This document shows, one piece after another, positions 40,660 through 63,028 of a stretch of DNA of 64,000 bases (position 1 is its first letter; the number at the start of each line of letters is the position of its first letter). The position numbers and the translations under genes were made by a program. The notes below the pieces were generated by a model. The model was not told the origin of the DNA and did not search any database. It saw nothing but the letters and a program-made list of their open reading frames with translations. The stretch is from the human T2T-CHM13v2.0 reference genome, Homo sapiens. The DNA lies in assembly GCF_009914755.1 (NCBI RefSeq), contig NC_060930.1. The stretch is one strand, 5' to 3'.

Positions 40660-40800
40660 GGTATTACAGGCTTTGTCTCCTTCTCAGTTTCATTTTCCCT
40701 GCTTTTCTACTCCTGCGTTCTGGGATCATGTCCTAAATAACCTACCTGCACCCAACTTGTTTCCTCAGACTCTACCTTTGGGGACACCCATTCTAAGATA
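40660..40800 (+). mobile_element. LTR16/33-like ERVL LTR 3' fragment
   Basis: CTGGGATCA...AAATAACCTACCTGCACCCAA...CTCAGACTCTACCTTTGGGGA...CTAAGATA. Confidence 0.55.
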
Positions 40801-41082
40801 GTAGATTTGAAGAATATTATTTTATAAATAAGGACACTGAGACACAGTCCAAAGTCATGTGGTCAATAAGTGATGGAGACATTATTACAAATTTAATCTG
40901 CTATAAATCCCATGCTTTTATGCTTTATCACCCCAGATGATCTCTAAGTCTCTTTTTCAGTTCTAATAATCTCTGAAATTATGCATATACATTATTTTTT
41001 CTGCTTTGCAATATGTTTTCAATCTCATCAAATATTCACTGAGTAATTAGTACCACGACAAGTATAAATGGTAAAAAGAAAC

Positions 41083-41374
41083 TTTTTTTTTTGAGACAGA
41101 GTCTTGCTCCGTTGCCCAGGCTGGAGTGCAGTGGCAAAATATCAGCTCACTGCAAGCTCTGCCTGCTGGGTTCATGCCATCCTCCTGCCTCAGCCTCCTG
41201 AGTAGCTGCAACTACAGGGACCCGCCACCATGCCCGGCTAATTTTTTTGTATTTTTAGTAGAGACGGGGTTTCACCGCGTTAGCCAGGATGGTCTCGATC
41301 TCCTGACCTCGTGATCCACCCACCTCGGCCTCCCAAAGTGCTGGGATTACAGGAGTGAGCCACTGCACCCGGCC
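41083..41374 (-). mobile_element. AluY, full length
   Basis: Y diagnostics GCAAGCTC, TTCATGCCAT, GTTAGCCAGGATGGTCTCGATCTCCTGACCTCGTGATCC; TSD AAAAGAAA on both sides. Confidence 0.95.
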
Positions 41375-42803
41375 AAAAGAAAAATTTTTTAAGACACCAC
41401 CTATATTATTAATATGCTCACCATATAAAGGGAGGAACAGAAATACACATTGTTATATTTAAATATTTAGCAGCATTTTCAATAGCATATTTTTAAAAGT
41501 TTTTTCATCAGCCTGTTGGAACAGTGTCAGCATTCTAAGAGTTTTCAGCATAAACAAAAGGATAACAAATCTCAATAAGCTGAAAGATGACATCCCCTGA
41601 TGTCAACGCAGAAAATGATATTGGATATGAAGTCTCCTGAACTTTACATCCTGATTTAAACGCTGACCTTGCCTCAACTATTATTTGTGCTTTGGTTTTC
41701 TATATCTCCTCCATACTGAAAGATGAGAGGACACAAGAGAATTATCACCAATGACAATTTGTTTCAGGAAAAGTGGTGTTTGTAAAATACCATCTGAAGC
41801 ACTCAAATCTCAATCAAGTCTAGTTTGTCACTGCCATAATCAGCCTGATGATGTTGCTGGAAAACTCATATATTATTTTTCTGAGATAGCAAAATAAAGA
41901 TATCTATCACCAGCACCATTTCTGATTCATTTCAAAATATGTGACCATTCAGAAAATGGACCCTATTTATTTCATTGTTGTTCTTTCTCTATAATGTAAA
42001 ATACTACATTGGATGTGTTTTATATATACATACACTTATATCTTTGAACAATTTTCAACTTATTGTTGAGAAAATAATAATTTTTGTGACTCTGCTATTC
42101 AGTACCATAAGCCAGGAAGGGTGGTATTACAATTTATCAGTCTCAACACTCTTGGGCAATGCAGCTAAATTGCCCACTTACTGCATTCCTAAGCTTATTT
42201 TTTTAAATGCATATGTATTATTTTAATTTCTGAGTCACTCATTTTGCCTGAAATTTCTATCTTATTCTAGTCATCTCTGTTTTTCAAACAACAATCAGCT
42301 ATTGATGTTCATCCAGCTGTTACTATTCTTGGCAACTTCACATATTTCCTTACCAAAGTATTATCCCCTATCACTGGTGGTTGTTAAAGTCTGCTACACA
42401 GGTTTTTTTACTGGATAAGCTTCCAGTATTCCTCCATTTATGGCCCCCTTTTGTCTAGTAAAGAAGTGTTCTCTGGTTTCCTTGAAATGGCAATGCCAAA
42501 AGGAATGTGGCTGCAAACAAGGGGAAGCAGTTCATTAGAGAGCCAAATAACTCCTCTGCCAGGTTATGCTGCTAGGAGACTTCTCTTTATTGAATCATTT
42601 GCTGAGAAAATAACATTCTCTTACATAAACAAATTCCCTTTATTTTTCTTTTTTACATGTCGCTATAATATTGAAGTGATAACTGGAACAAGAGCAAATA
42701 AAAGACAACATCATTATGATGATATTCCCATGTCTTATTTATTTATGGTTTCCACCAACTTCAAAAGGGGTTTCATGAAACTCACAATAAAAGCAGAATT
42801 TGC

Positions 42804-43857
42804 ATGAAAACTGGAACAAGACAAGGATGCTCTCTCTCACCACCCCTATTCAACATAGTACTGGAAGTGCTGGCCAGGGCAATCAGGCAAGAGAAAGAAA
42901 TAAAGCATATTCAGATAGAAAGAGAGGGAGTCAAATTATCTTTGTTTGCAGATTACATGATCATGTATCTAGAAAACTCTATCATTTCAGCCCCAAAGCT
43001 TCTTAAGCTGATAAACAACTTCAGCAAAGTCTCAGGATACAAAATCAATGTGCAAAAATCTCTAGTATTCCTATTCACCAAGAACAGGCAAGCAGAGAGC
43101 CAAATTATGAATGAACTCATTTGCTACATTCACGATTGCTACAAGAGAATAAAACACCTAGGAACACAGATAACAAGGGAAGTGAAGGACCTCTTCAAGA
43201 AAAACTACAAACCACTGCTCAAGGAAATCAGAGAGGACAGAAACATATGAAAAAGTATTCCACGCTCATGGATAGAAAGAATCAATATTGTGAAAATGGC
43301 CATGATGCCCAAAGTAATGTATAGATTCAATGATATTCCCAATAAACTAACATTGACATTTTTCACAGAATTAGAAAAGCTATTTCAAAAATTCATATGG
43401 AGTGAAAAACAACCCATAGAGCTAAGACAATCCTAAGTAAAAAGAACAAACTGGAGGCAACATCATGCTTCCCAACTTCGAACAATACTACAAGGCTACA
43501 GTAAGCAAAACAGCATTGTATTGGTACAAAAACAGACACATAGACCAATGGAAAAATTAGAGAACTCACAAGTAAGACGACATACCTCCAACAATCTCAT
43601 CTTCAAGAAACATGACAAATACAAGCAATGGGGAAAGGATTCCTTATTTAATAAATGCTGCTGGGAGAACTGGTTAGCCATATGCAGAAAATTGAAATTT
43701 GATCCCTTTCTTACACTTTATACAAAAATTAACTCAAGATGGATTAAAGACTTAAATGTAAAACCAAAAACTATAAAAACCTCTAGAGGAAAATCTAGGC
43801 AATACCATTCAGGACATAGGCATGGGCAAAGATTTCATGATGAAAATAGTGAAAGCA
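42804..43857 (+). mobile_element. Older L1PA (PA11-13-like) ORF2, left part of a host element
   Basis: ORF 42804..43250 carries RT motifs GTRQGC and LFADYM; sequence resumes at 47588. Confidence 0.92.
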
Positions 43858-46845
<2,988 letters not shown>

Positions 46846-47587
46846 ACATGCAAATCAAAACCACAATGAGATACCATCTCACACCAGTTAGAATGGCGTT
46901 CATTAAAAAGTCAGAAAACAACAGGTGCTGGAGAGGATGTGGAGAAATAGGGGTACTTTTACACTGTTGGTTGGACTGTAAACTAGTTCAACCATTGTGG
47001 AAGTCAGTGTGGTGATTCCTCGGGGATCTAGAACTAGAAATACCATTTGACCCAGCCATCCCATTACTGGGTATATACCCAAAGGATTATAAGCCATGCT
47101 GCTATAAAAACACATGCACACATATGTTTACTGTGGCACTATTCACTATAGCAAAGACTTGAACCAACCTAAATGTCCAACAATGATAGACTGGATTAAG
47201 AAAACGTGGCACAAATACACCATGGAATACTATGCAGCCATAAAAAAATGGCGAGTTCATGTCCTTTTAGGGACATGGATGAAGCTGGAAACCATCATTC
47301 TCAGCAAACTATCACAAGGACAAAAAACCAAGCACCACATGTTCTCACTCATAGTTGGGAACTGAACAATGAGAACACATGGACACAGGAAGGGGAACAT
47401 CACCCACCAGGGCCTGTTGTGCAGTGGGGGGAGAGGGGATGGATAGCATTACAAGATATACCTAATGTAAATGACAAATTAATGGGTGCAGCACACCAAT
47501 ATGGCACATGTTTACATATGTAACAAACCTGCACTTTGTGCACATATACCCTAGAACTTAAAGTATAATAAAAAAAATTTAAAGGAA
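46846..47587 (+). mobile_element. Non-inverted 3' segment of the same L1PA5/6-like insertion, with A tail
   Basis: [16 protein letters not shown]...; 3'UTR; AAAGTATAATAAAAAAAA; followed by the second TSD copy. Confidence 0.93.
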
Positions 47588-48693
47588 GAAAATAATGAAA
47601 GGAATTTTGACAAAAGTAAAAATGGACAAATGGGATCCAATTTAACTAATGAGCTTCTGAACAGCAAAATAAATTATCAGTGTAAACAGACAACCTACAG
47701 AATGGGAGAAAATCATTGACAGACAACCTACAGAATGGGAGAAAATCATTGCAGTCTATCCTTCTGGCAAAGGTCTAATATCCAGAGTCTACAAGGAGCT
47801 TAAACAAATTTACAAGAAAAATACCATACAACCCCATTCAAAAGTGGGTAAAGGATATGAACAGACACTTCTCAAAAGGAGACATTCATGCAGCCAAAAA
47901 GCATATAAAACAAATCTCAACATCACTGATCATCAGAGAAATGCAAATCAAATCCACAATGAGATATCATCTCTTGACAGTCGGAATGGAGATTATTAAA
48001 AAGTCAAGAAACAGCAGTTGCTGGCAAGGTTTTGGAGAAAAAGGGACGTTTTTACACTGTTAATGGGAGTGTAAATTATTTCAAAAATTCAATTATTGTG
48101 GAAGATAGTGTGGTCATTTCTCAAAGACCTAGAGGCAGAAATACCATTTGACCCAGCAATCCCATTACAGGGTATATACCTGAAAGAATATAAATTATCC
48201 TATTATAAAAGTACATGATTGTGTATGTTCATTTCAGCACTATTCACAATAGCAAAGCCAGGGAATCAACCAAAATGCCTATTAATTATAGACTGCATAG
48301 AGAAAACGTGGCACATGTATACTATGAGATATTATATAGCCATAAGAAGGAATGAGATCATATCCTTTGCAGGGACATGGATGGAGGTGGAAGCCATTTT
48401 CCTCAGCAAACTAAAGGCAGAACAGAAAACCAAACACTGCATGTTCTCACTTATAAGAGGGAACTGAACAACAAAAACATGTGGACACATGGGAGGGAAG
48501 AACATACTGAGCCTTGTTGAGTCAGGGAGGGAGAGCATCAGGAAGAATAGCTAATGGATGTTGGGCTTAATACCTAGGTGATGGGTTGATCTGTGCAGCA
48601 AACCACCATGGCACACATTTACTTATGTAACAAACCTGCACATCCTGCACATGTATCCCAGAACTTAAAATAAAAGTAGAAAAAACAAAAGAA
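47588..48693 (+). mobile_element. Older L1PA (PA11-13-like) right part: ORF2 end, 3'UTR, tail
   Basis: Resumes where 43857 stopped; 3'UTR GAGAGCATCAGGAAGAATAGCTAATGGATG...GAACTTAAAATAAAAGT. Confidence 0.9.
47686..47751 (+). repeat. Perfect 33-bp tandem duplication
   Basis: ACAGACAACCTACAGAATGGGAGAAAATCATTG present twice, head to tail. Confidence 0.97.
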
Positions 48694-48759
48694 ATGAGGT
48701 GTTGATTCATTGCCTAGGCTAAAAAACCACATTCTTATTTAACTGGCTCAACTAGCACA

Positions 48760-49050
48760 TATTGTTCCCTTTACTTGAAATACTCTTCCCACTTCTTGCT
48801 AGATAAACTTGCCTTGTCCTTCAGATACTTTCTGAGACATCAACTGTGCCAGGAAATCCTCCTTGACCCCCTCAAAACTAAATTGGATGTCTACTCCATG
48901 TGTTATCTTACCTCTATCATAGCACTTAATGCATAGTAAGTTGTTTCTTCTTTGTCTCTTTTGCTAGTTTCCAAGTTTCTAGAGGGAAAAGATGGTGCTA
49001 ACCACAGAGTAATTCCTCAATAAATATTTATTGAAAGAACAAATAAATAA
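48760..49050 (+). mobile_element. L2 LINE 3' end
   Basis: TGTTCCCT...CCAGGAAATCCTCCTTGACC...CTCAATAAATATTTATTGAA. Confidence 0.65.
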
Positions 49051-51040
49051 TATCATGAAGATAAAAATTTGCTAGACCCATGTTGGTCACCACGAAGATG
49101 CAAAATTTCCTGACATACCAAAATATTTTAAAATCTCTTAATAGAAAATATTTAAAGTAACTATCAAGGAAGATAAATTTAGGAGAAATTAAAGAAAGAG
49201 TATTCAGGCATACATGTGTTAAGGGAGGGATCCAGCAGATAGATTATATCCTCACCTCACCTCAACTTCAGAAAGATACTTAAGTATCTAGAAACCATTG
49301 GCTCTAGATACTTGATGATCTTTCTGTCAAATGATTTATGTGATAGAATAATTCTACCATTATGAAATTTTTAGAGGTATAATAGAAGGAGGGTCAGATT
49401 TCTTAGTTTTATCACAGTAAAAAGATCCAGGGTTGATGGAAAGACTAATTTGAAATGTTCCAGCCTTCCCCCTCTCATTTAATTTCATTATTGTGATAAA
49501 GTGAGAGTTTTCTGCAGGGAGACAGTGAGGAAAGACAGAGCAAAAGTAGCATAATTTGGGGTCATTGGGTTGAAAATGATTGACTACTATTAATAATGTT
49601 ACATTAACCTGTTTTTCTCCTGTTCTGGGAAGTGAACTGAACACTCCAAATAATTTTGGCATTCACAGCAATTCAAACATCATCTACAAAGCTCCATTTG
49701 GTTGGTTATGACCTCAAATGGAAATAGAAGGTGCTGGCTAATCCAGCGAATGCAATATATTTATGGAAAATCAAATCTTTTTATTACATTGGAAAACTTT
49801 GAATTAACAGCATAGAGAAAAAGTGATGAATACACTTGCAATAACATATATTTTCATTTGATTTGGCCTTATGTAAGTAAATTATTTAGAACAGTTATAT
49901 GTCCTTAGTGATCTTCCTTCTATTCTTCCATTGATATGTGCACATGACTCTCTTTTCTATCCAAAGGAATTTTCTTTCCCTGGGTGTTACACCGTAAACA
50001 ATAATGGGGGAAGAAACAAAGATTGGCTATGTAATCAGCCGATTATGAATGACTTTCAGCTCCTATTAAGGCAAACCAAACATGATTCAACTAAATTCAC
50101 TCAGAAAGCCCAGGTGTTCTTAGTTTAGAAATATGGAATGCCTGAAGTCTGAGTTTCATAGATCCTCTGAGATGGCCTCAGTTTTAAACAATACTTTATT
50201 TCCAGTAAGACAGTTGTGATAATCCTGGTAGCTATATATAGAGAGAAAGTAATATGTATGTTTCAAAGCACATAATTTTGAAAAATCTTTCAAAGCACAT
50301 AGTTGGAGAAATCCATGTATCGCTTTCTTTAAGAAATTTCAAAGACATATGTTCCACTGTAATATCTATATAATTTCAATGAAGTATATAAAGCTACAAA
50401 TGAATGAAGAAAATAAAAGTAGCATTTCTTTCCTATTAATTTAATTGTTTTGACCTAAAAATACTTTAAAATGTGGCTAATATACTCATCTCACTTACAA
50501 TATTGAATGTAGATAACTGATTAAATATGCTTTCAAGTCCTGTGGTTCTTATAAGATTTCTCAGAAATCTACCACCACCCACTCAAGGAGAATTATTATT
50601 TACATGTTAACAACGTATACTTAATTACCAACATAAGATATATGTGTACAAAACTCCACTTTGAAAATAAAACATTTGTGGAGATAAGTAAATAGTAGAA
50701 ACAATGCCCTACAATGATTCAACGTCTTTCTTCCTGTAATGTGATGGCCTTTTACAAAGTGGTAAAAGGAAAGAAAGAGCACAAAAAAATATGCCACAAG
50801 TTCCAACTCAAATGTACATTTATTGAAAGCTGTTATGGGAACCCTTTTTCCTTCATCTCTATAGAGCTAGCAAGTCCTCAAGATCCAGACCAAATCTTGA
50901 AGGATAGTAGCAGCTCCCTTCTCTGGGTTTATACTACACAGAATCTCCAATGTATTTCTGTTGGGTGTTTAATATTCATCGTCACTGATTTTAGTTCTGA
51001 ATGCATATAATAGATTTTTGGGGGGATCTATGTACCATAT

Positions 51041-51342
51041 TTTACTTTTGTGTGTGTGTGTGTGTGTGTGACAAGGTCTCACTCTGTTGCTCAGGCTGAA
51101 GGGCAGTGGTGCAATCTCAGCTCACTACAGGCTCGACCACCCAGTCTCAAGCGATCATCCTCCCACCTCAGCCTCCTAAGTAGCTGGGCACACAAGCATG
51201 TGCCACCATGCCTGGCTGATTTTTTTATTTTTTGTAGAAACAAGGTCTCACTATGTTGCTCACGCTGGTCTCAAACTCCTGGGCTCAAGCAGTCCTCCTG
51301 CTGTAGCCTACCAAAGTGCTGCATGAGCCACCATGCCCAGTC
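51041..51342 (-). mobile_element. AluJ-like SINE with a (TG)n microsatellite in its tail
   Basis: (TG)n at 51049-51070, then ACAAGGTCTCACTCTGTTGC...CCTGGGCTCAAGCAGTCCTCC. Confidence 0.92.
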
Positions 51343-51591
51343 TACACTCTGAATCTATGAAGTAATTCCTGTTCTTATCTCTCCTCATCTTGAAAGATTA
51401 AGTGAAAAGACTAACATAATAGTGGACTTTATTTGGCAGACATTTAAGGAGGCAGCAGATACAGTAGAGAGGGCAATCATGGGCTTTAGAGCCAGTCAGT
51501 ACTGCATGAATAATATATTGAGCACCCATCTATTATTCTTCACCAAGTTCTCCAATTGAATCACGTTTATTTTCTTGCTTCTCTTCTCTTT

Positions 51592-51725
51592 AAGTACATA
51601 TATATGTACACTCTGTAAAGTATATATATATATAATATACTCTTTAAGTATATATATATTTATACACTCTCTAAATATATATATTCTATCTATAAATACA
51701 TGAGTGTATGTATATATGCACATAC
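51592..51725. repeat. TA-rich degenerate minisatellite
   Basis: Repeated AAGTA(TA)n...ACTCT units of about 25-28 bp. Confidence 0.7.
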
Positions 51726-51729
51726 AAAA

Positions 51730-52035
51730 AAATACTTTTTCTGAACCACTTTAGGATAAGTTTTAGACATTACAGCAATTCAACTTTTAATACTTTAGCA
51801 TTTGTATTCCAAGAACAAAAATGTTTTGTCTTCTCGGTAAAATTATTCACATTCAAGAAATTTAAACTTGTTATAATATATGTATATATAATATATGTTA
51901 ACTAATATATAGTACATATTGAATTTTTTTCAATTACCTAACAGTGTCTTTTTTTTGCAATCTTTTTATATATTTCCAATTTAGGGTCTAATCCAGATCA
52001 CACATTGAATTTAGATGACATATCTCTTCTGTTTT
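51730..52035 (-). mobile_element. L1MC-type 3'UTR, host of the 52-61 kb nest (appears to resume near 60985)
   Basis: TTTTCTGAACCACTT, AATACTTTAGCAT, CACACATTGAATTTAG. Confidence 0.55.
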
Positions 52036-52039
52036 TCAA

Positions 52040-55425
<3,386 letters not shown>

Positions 55426-55434
55426 GCTTTTCAA

Positions 55435-55912
55435 CTTAAGCTTTAATATATCAATAATTACCTTAAATATAAATAGCCCAAATACACAAATCAAAAGACA
55501 GAGATTGACAGATTATATAATAAAACACAGCCCATCTATATGCTGTTTAAAAGAAATTCACTTCGAATTCTACAAAAAGGAGTGTATACAATAATATCTA
55601 ACAAAGTGAATGAGAAAAAGAGGCACATTACTTAATAATAGAAGAATCAATCCATCAGGAAGACACATGATTCTAAATATGTGCTCACCAAATAACAGAG
55701 CCATAATATATATAAAACAAAAAGATAGACCTGAAAGAAAAAATTGAAAAATCCACAGTTAGAGTTGGGGATTTTGACACTCACCTCTCACTAACTGATA
55801 GAACTACTAGACAGAAAATCAGCAAGGACATAGAGGATCTGAACAATACAATCAACGAATATGATCTAATTAGCATGTATAGAACTCTACAGTCAATAAC
55901 AGCAGATTTCAT
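55435..55912 (+). mobile_element. Old L1M ORF2 endonuclease fragment, opposite in orientation to its neighbours
   Basis: ATATCAATAATTACCTTAAATATAAAT (ISIITLNIN), ATGCTGTTTAAAAGAAATTCACTTC (CCLKEIHF), GTTGGGGATTTTGACACT (VGDFDT). Confidence 0.85.
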
Positions 55913-55941
55913 TTATTTTTTTTTTCCACCTTTCTAAAGAG

Positions 55942-60114
<4,173 letters not shown>

Positions 60115-60116
<2 letters not shown>

Positions 60117-60290
60117 GAATTTGAGGCCAGCCTGGCCTACATGGAGAAACTCTACTAGAAATACAAAAATTAGCTGGGTGTGGAGGTGCATGCCTGTAAT
60201 AATTCCAGCTACTCAGGAGGCTGAGGCAGGAGAATCACTTGAACTCTGAGTGATGGAGTGAGACTCTGTCTCAAAACAAACAAAAAAATA
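60115..60290 (+). mobile_element. Alu lacking its first ~75 bp and with a deletion in the right arm
   Basis: AGGAATTTGAGGCCAGCCTGG...AAATACAAAAATTAGCTGGG...GAGACTCTGTCTCAAAACAAACAAAAAAA. Confidence 0.9.
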
Positions 60291-60980
60291 CCCTTCTGAT
60301 TGTATTATGAAATTCTTGTGGTGAGTTTTTCAGCTCTATCAGATGAGTTTGGTACCCTCTTACAATTGCTCTTTCATCTTTCAGCTCCTATCATTTTATT
60401 GGATTCCTTCAATTGGGTTGGGTTTTTACTTTCTCCTGAATCTAATCATTTTTTTTCTATCCATATTCTGAATTCTATGTCTGTTTTTTCTGCCATTTCA
60501 ATCTGGCTAAGAACCGTTGCTGGGGAGGTAGTATGGACATTTGCAAGTAAGAAGACACTCTGGCTTTTTGAGTTGCCAGAGTTCTTGTGCTGGTTCTTTA
60601 TCTTCTGTGTGGACTGATGTATCTTTAATTTTTGAAGTTGCTGTCCTTTGGATGGGGTTTTTTGCTTTTATATTCTTTGATGTCCTTGAGGGTTTGACTG
60701 TGGTATATTGGCTTTAGTTGGGTGGCTTTGTTTATGGATATTTCAGGGGGCCAAGGCTCATCTCAGCACTCCTGGGCTGCATACTCTAAACCTAGGGGCT
60801 GGTACCAGGTCTGTGCCTTTGTTCTCTATCCACTCAAGGTTAAGCACCTGCTGTGTTGGAGGAACTGAGGTGTTCCCAGTCCACTGGCAACAATACTCTG
60901 ATGGGGGATGCTGGCAAAAAAAGTATTTCATTGGAGTGGTGCCATCAGGGTCATGTGTGGAGGCAGGGTGATGGTGTCTA
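60291..60980 (-). mobile_element. Continuation of the older L1PA13-16-like element: ORF1 5' part and 5'UTR
   Basis: TTTTTCAGCTCTATCAGAT, AAGAAGACACTCTGGCTTTTTGAGTTGCCAGAGTTCTTG, TTTGAAGTTGCTGTCCTTTGGATGGGG. Confidence 0.75.
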
Positions 60981-61042
60981 TGCACATGTACCTCTTTTTT
61001 TGAGCTACAATAGTTTCTCAACCTTTCTTCATCTTTCATAAT

Positions 61043-61115
61043 ATTGTTCTGGCAACAATTTTAATGGCACCCCTTTCACTCTCAAAAGCTTCCTAGTTTG
61101 GACAATAAATATCAC
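61043..61115 (-). mobile_element. MER96-like hAT-Tip100 fragment
   Basis: GCACCCCTTTCACTCTCAAAAG...GTTTGGACAATAAAT matches the recalled MER96 reverse complement. Confidence 0.55.
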
Positions 61116-62840
61116 TTTATTTATGTGTGATTGGGGATAATGTTTGATGAATATTCTGCATCATCAGAGTACTTTGAGCAGAGAGCACTGGCACTTGAAT
61201 TAAAGGATGATTGCATAGCAACTATACTGATAGAGCCACCAGAATGACCAGAGATGTATCTCTCAGAGCTATTTCTTTTCATTTCAGAGTAGTGACTTAG
61301 TAACCTTATCCTTTTTTCCTAGAGAGGATTCGTCTACATTCCATAGCAAAGTTTCACTTTCTTTTTCCAAGAGGAGAATGTCAGACCTTGCAGCACCCTA
61401 TGTAAGCTCCAGGTTTCATATTTCAGAACTCCTCTTCTTTGGTACAAATTTAGCTCTCACTGCATGGCTTGCAGGGATTTGTGACATGGAGACTCGTGAA
61501 AGATGTTCCATGATTAAATGGTCTTTCCACTGACCTAGAGGTCTTAAGTTTCTGCAGAATGGTAACTCTTCAGTTTGCAAGTAGGGTAGCATCCCAGATC
61601 CCTCAGAGTTTCAGGCTTATCAATTTGTCATTAAGAATTTAGTCCAAAATGTCCTGAGGTACACTGCAGGAAAAGACCTGTTTTTTGACCATGAAGAATT
61701 TAAAATCTAGTGAGGGAAATAATCTTAAATTGAAACATAAGTAGAAAAATGTAGTATATTCTATGGTCAAACACTGGACGGTAAAAATGCAGAGAGCAGG
61801 AATCAATTGCGATTAGGGAAATAAAGCATGTTTTCCAGAAGTTTGTGATACAAATTTTGAACAGCCCCAAAAGGTAAAAGAACATAAGTGATTTGCACAA
61901 AGCCACAAAGAAGTATAACCTGAGTTAGTATTCTCATTTTGTTAACTCTCAGTGAATTTTTATTTACATTAACTAAGCTTTACATTTGATTAATAGTCAG
62001 GATAAGAAGATTAAAAATTAGATGGGTAAACCTAATTGTCTCAGAGAAAAATAGTTTGTAGTGTATTGTACTGGGCAGCACACAGACCTATTAACTCAAA
62101 TATTTTAATTTTAAAAGGCTTTTCAAAGTGTTAGCCCTCATAATATATCAATTTGCTTATATAATTACGTTATATATTTTACAGTTACTATTTGTTTACA
62201 TACACTTTAAGAAATCTATATACTTGATTTATATGTCATAGTACACATGCACAATATTGGGACATAATTTGTGTTTTAGTCATAGATATAGGGACATTCC
62301 TAATAGGGAAATTTCTAGAAATATCTATATTTGGAGAAAATAAATCATCTTATAATGCAAGAAAATTGAAGTCATGGTTTCAAATATGAGAGGTTAATTA
62401 AAAATTTTATTACATTGAGATTACAATACATTGATAAATAAGAGAACTGTTTCATACATATATACAGGAGAAATGGATAAAAACTCAGATATGCAAGTGT
62501 AACATAGTACAACTAGAATAAAATAATTAAAATAATAAAATCTGATATGCAGAATACATTCTAGTACCAGGCTTGAATAAAATACTATTAGGTTTTATTT
62601 TTAAGCTATTTTAAATTAATGTTAAATAACTTCCACATTCAGTATAATTACTATGATGTATCTTTATACAGACGTTTTACAGAGTTTTATAAGTAATTCT
62701 TTTGTAAAGGTAATATCATATCCCTCTTTCAAATGCAAATTTTGTAACATGTTACAGAGATAAAATTGGGAAATACATTCTAAATACTGTATTTATGGTG
62801 AAAATAGTACAGAATCTTGAAACTGGGGCTAAAATATCAG

Positions 62841-63028
62841 TACATATGTATATATATACGTATGTATATGTATACACATACATACGTACGTATGTATGTG
62901 TATACATATACATATGTACGTATGTATGTGTATACATACATATGTATATATGTATGTATATGTATACGTATGTATGTATATGTATACGTATGTATGTATA
63001 TGTATACGTATGTATGTATATATATATG
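62841..63028. repeat. Compound TA/TG/CA/CG alternating purine-pyrimidine repeat containing a 54-bp palindrome and a 20-bp tandem unit
   Basis: Strict pyrimidine-purine alternation over 188 bp; TGTATGTATATGTATACGTA three times at 62951-63010. Confidence 0.95.

Noticed and set aside
42434-42443. Perfect CArG box CCATTTATGG, with another at 38374-38383
   Set aside because: Several CC(A/T)6GG matches are expected by chance in 64 kb of AT-rich DNA, and there is no independent support.
42451-42807. 118-aa ORF containing YNIEVITG, reminiscent of a PLAT/LH2 domain start
   Set aside because: The following residues do not match the domain, there is no AG acceptor after the T tract, and the start codon is TTG.
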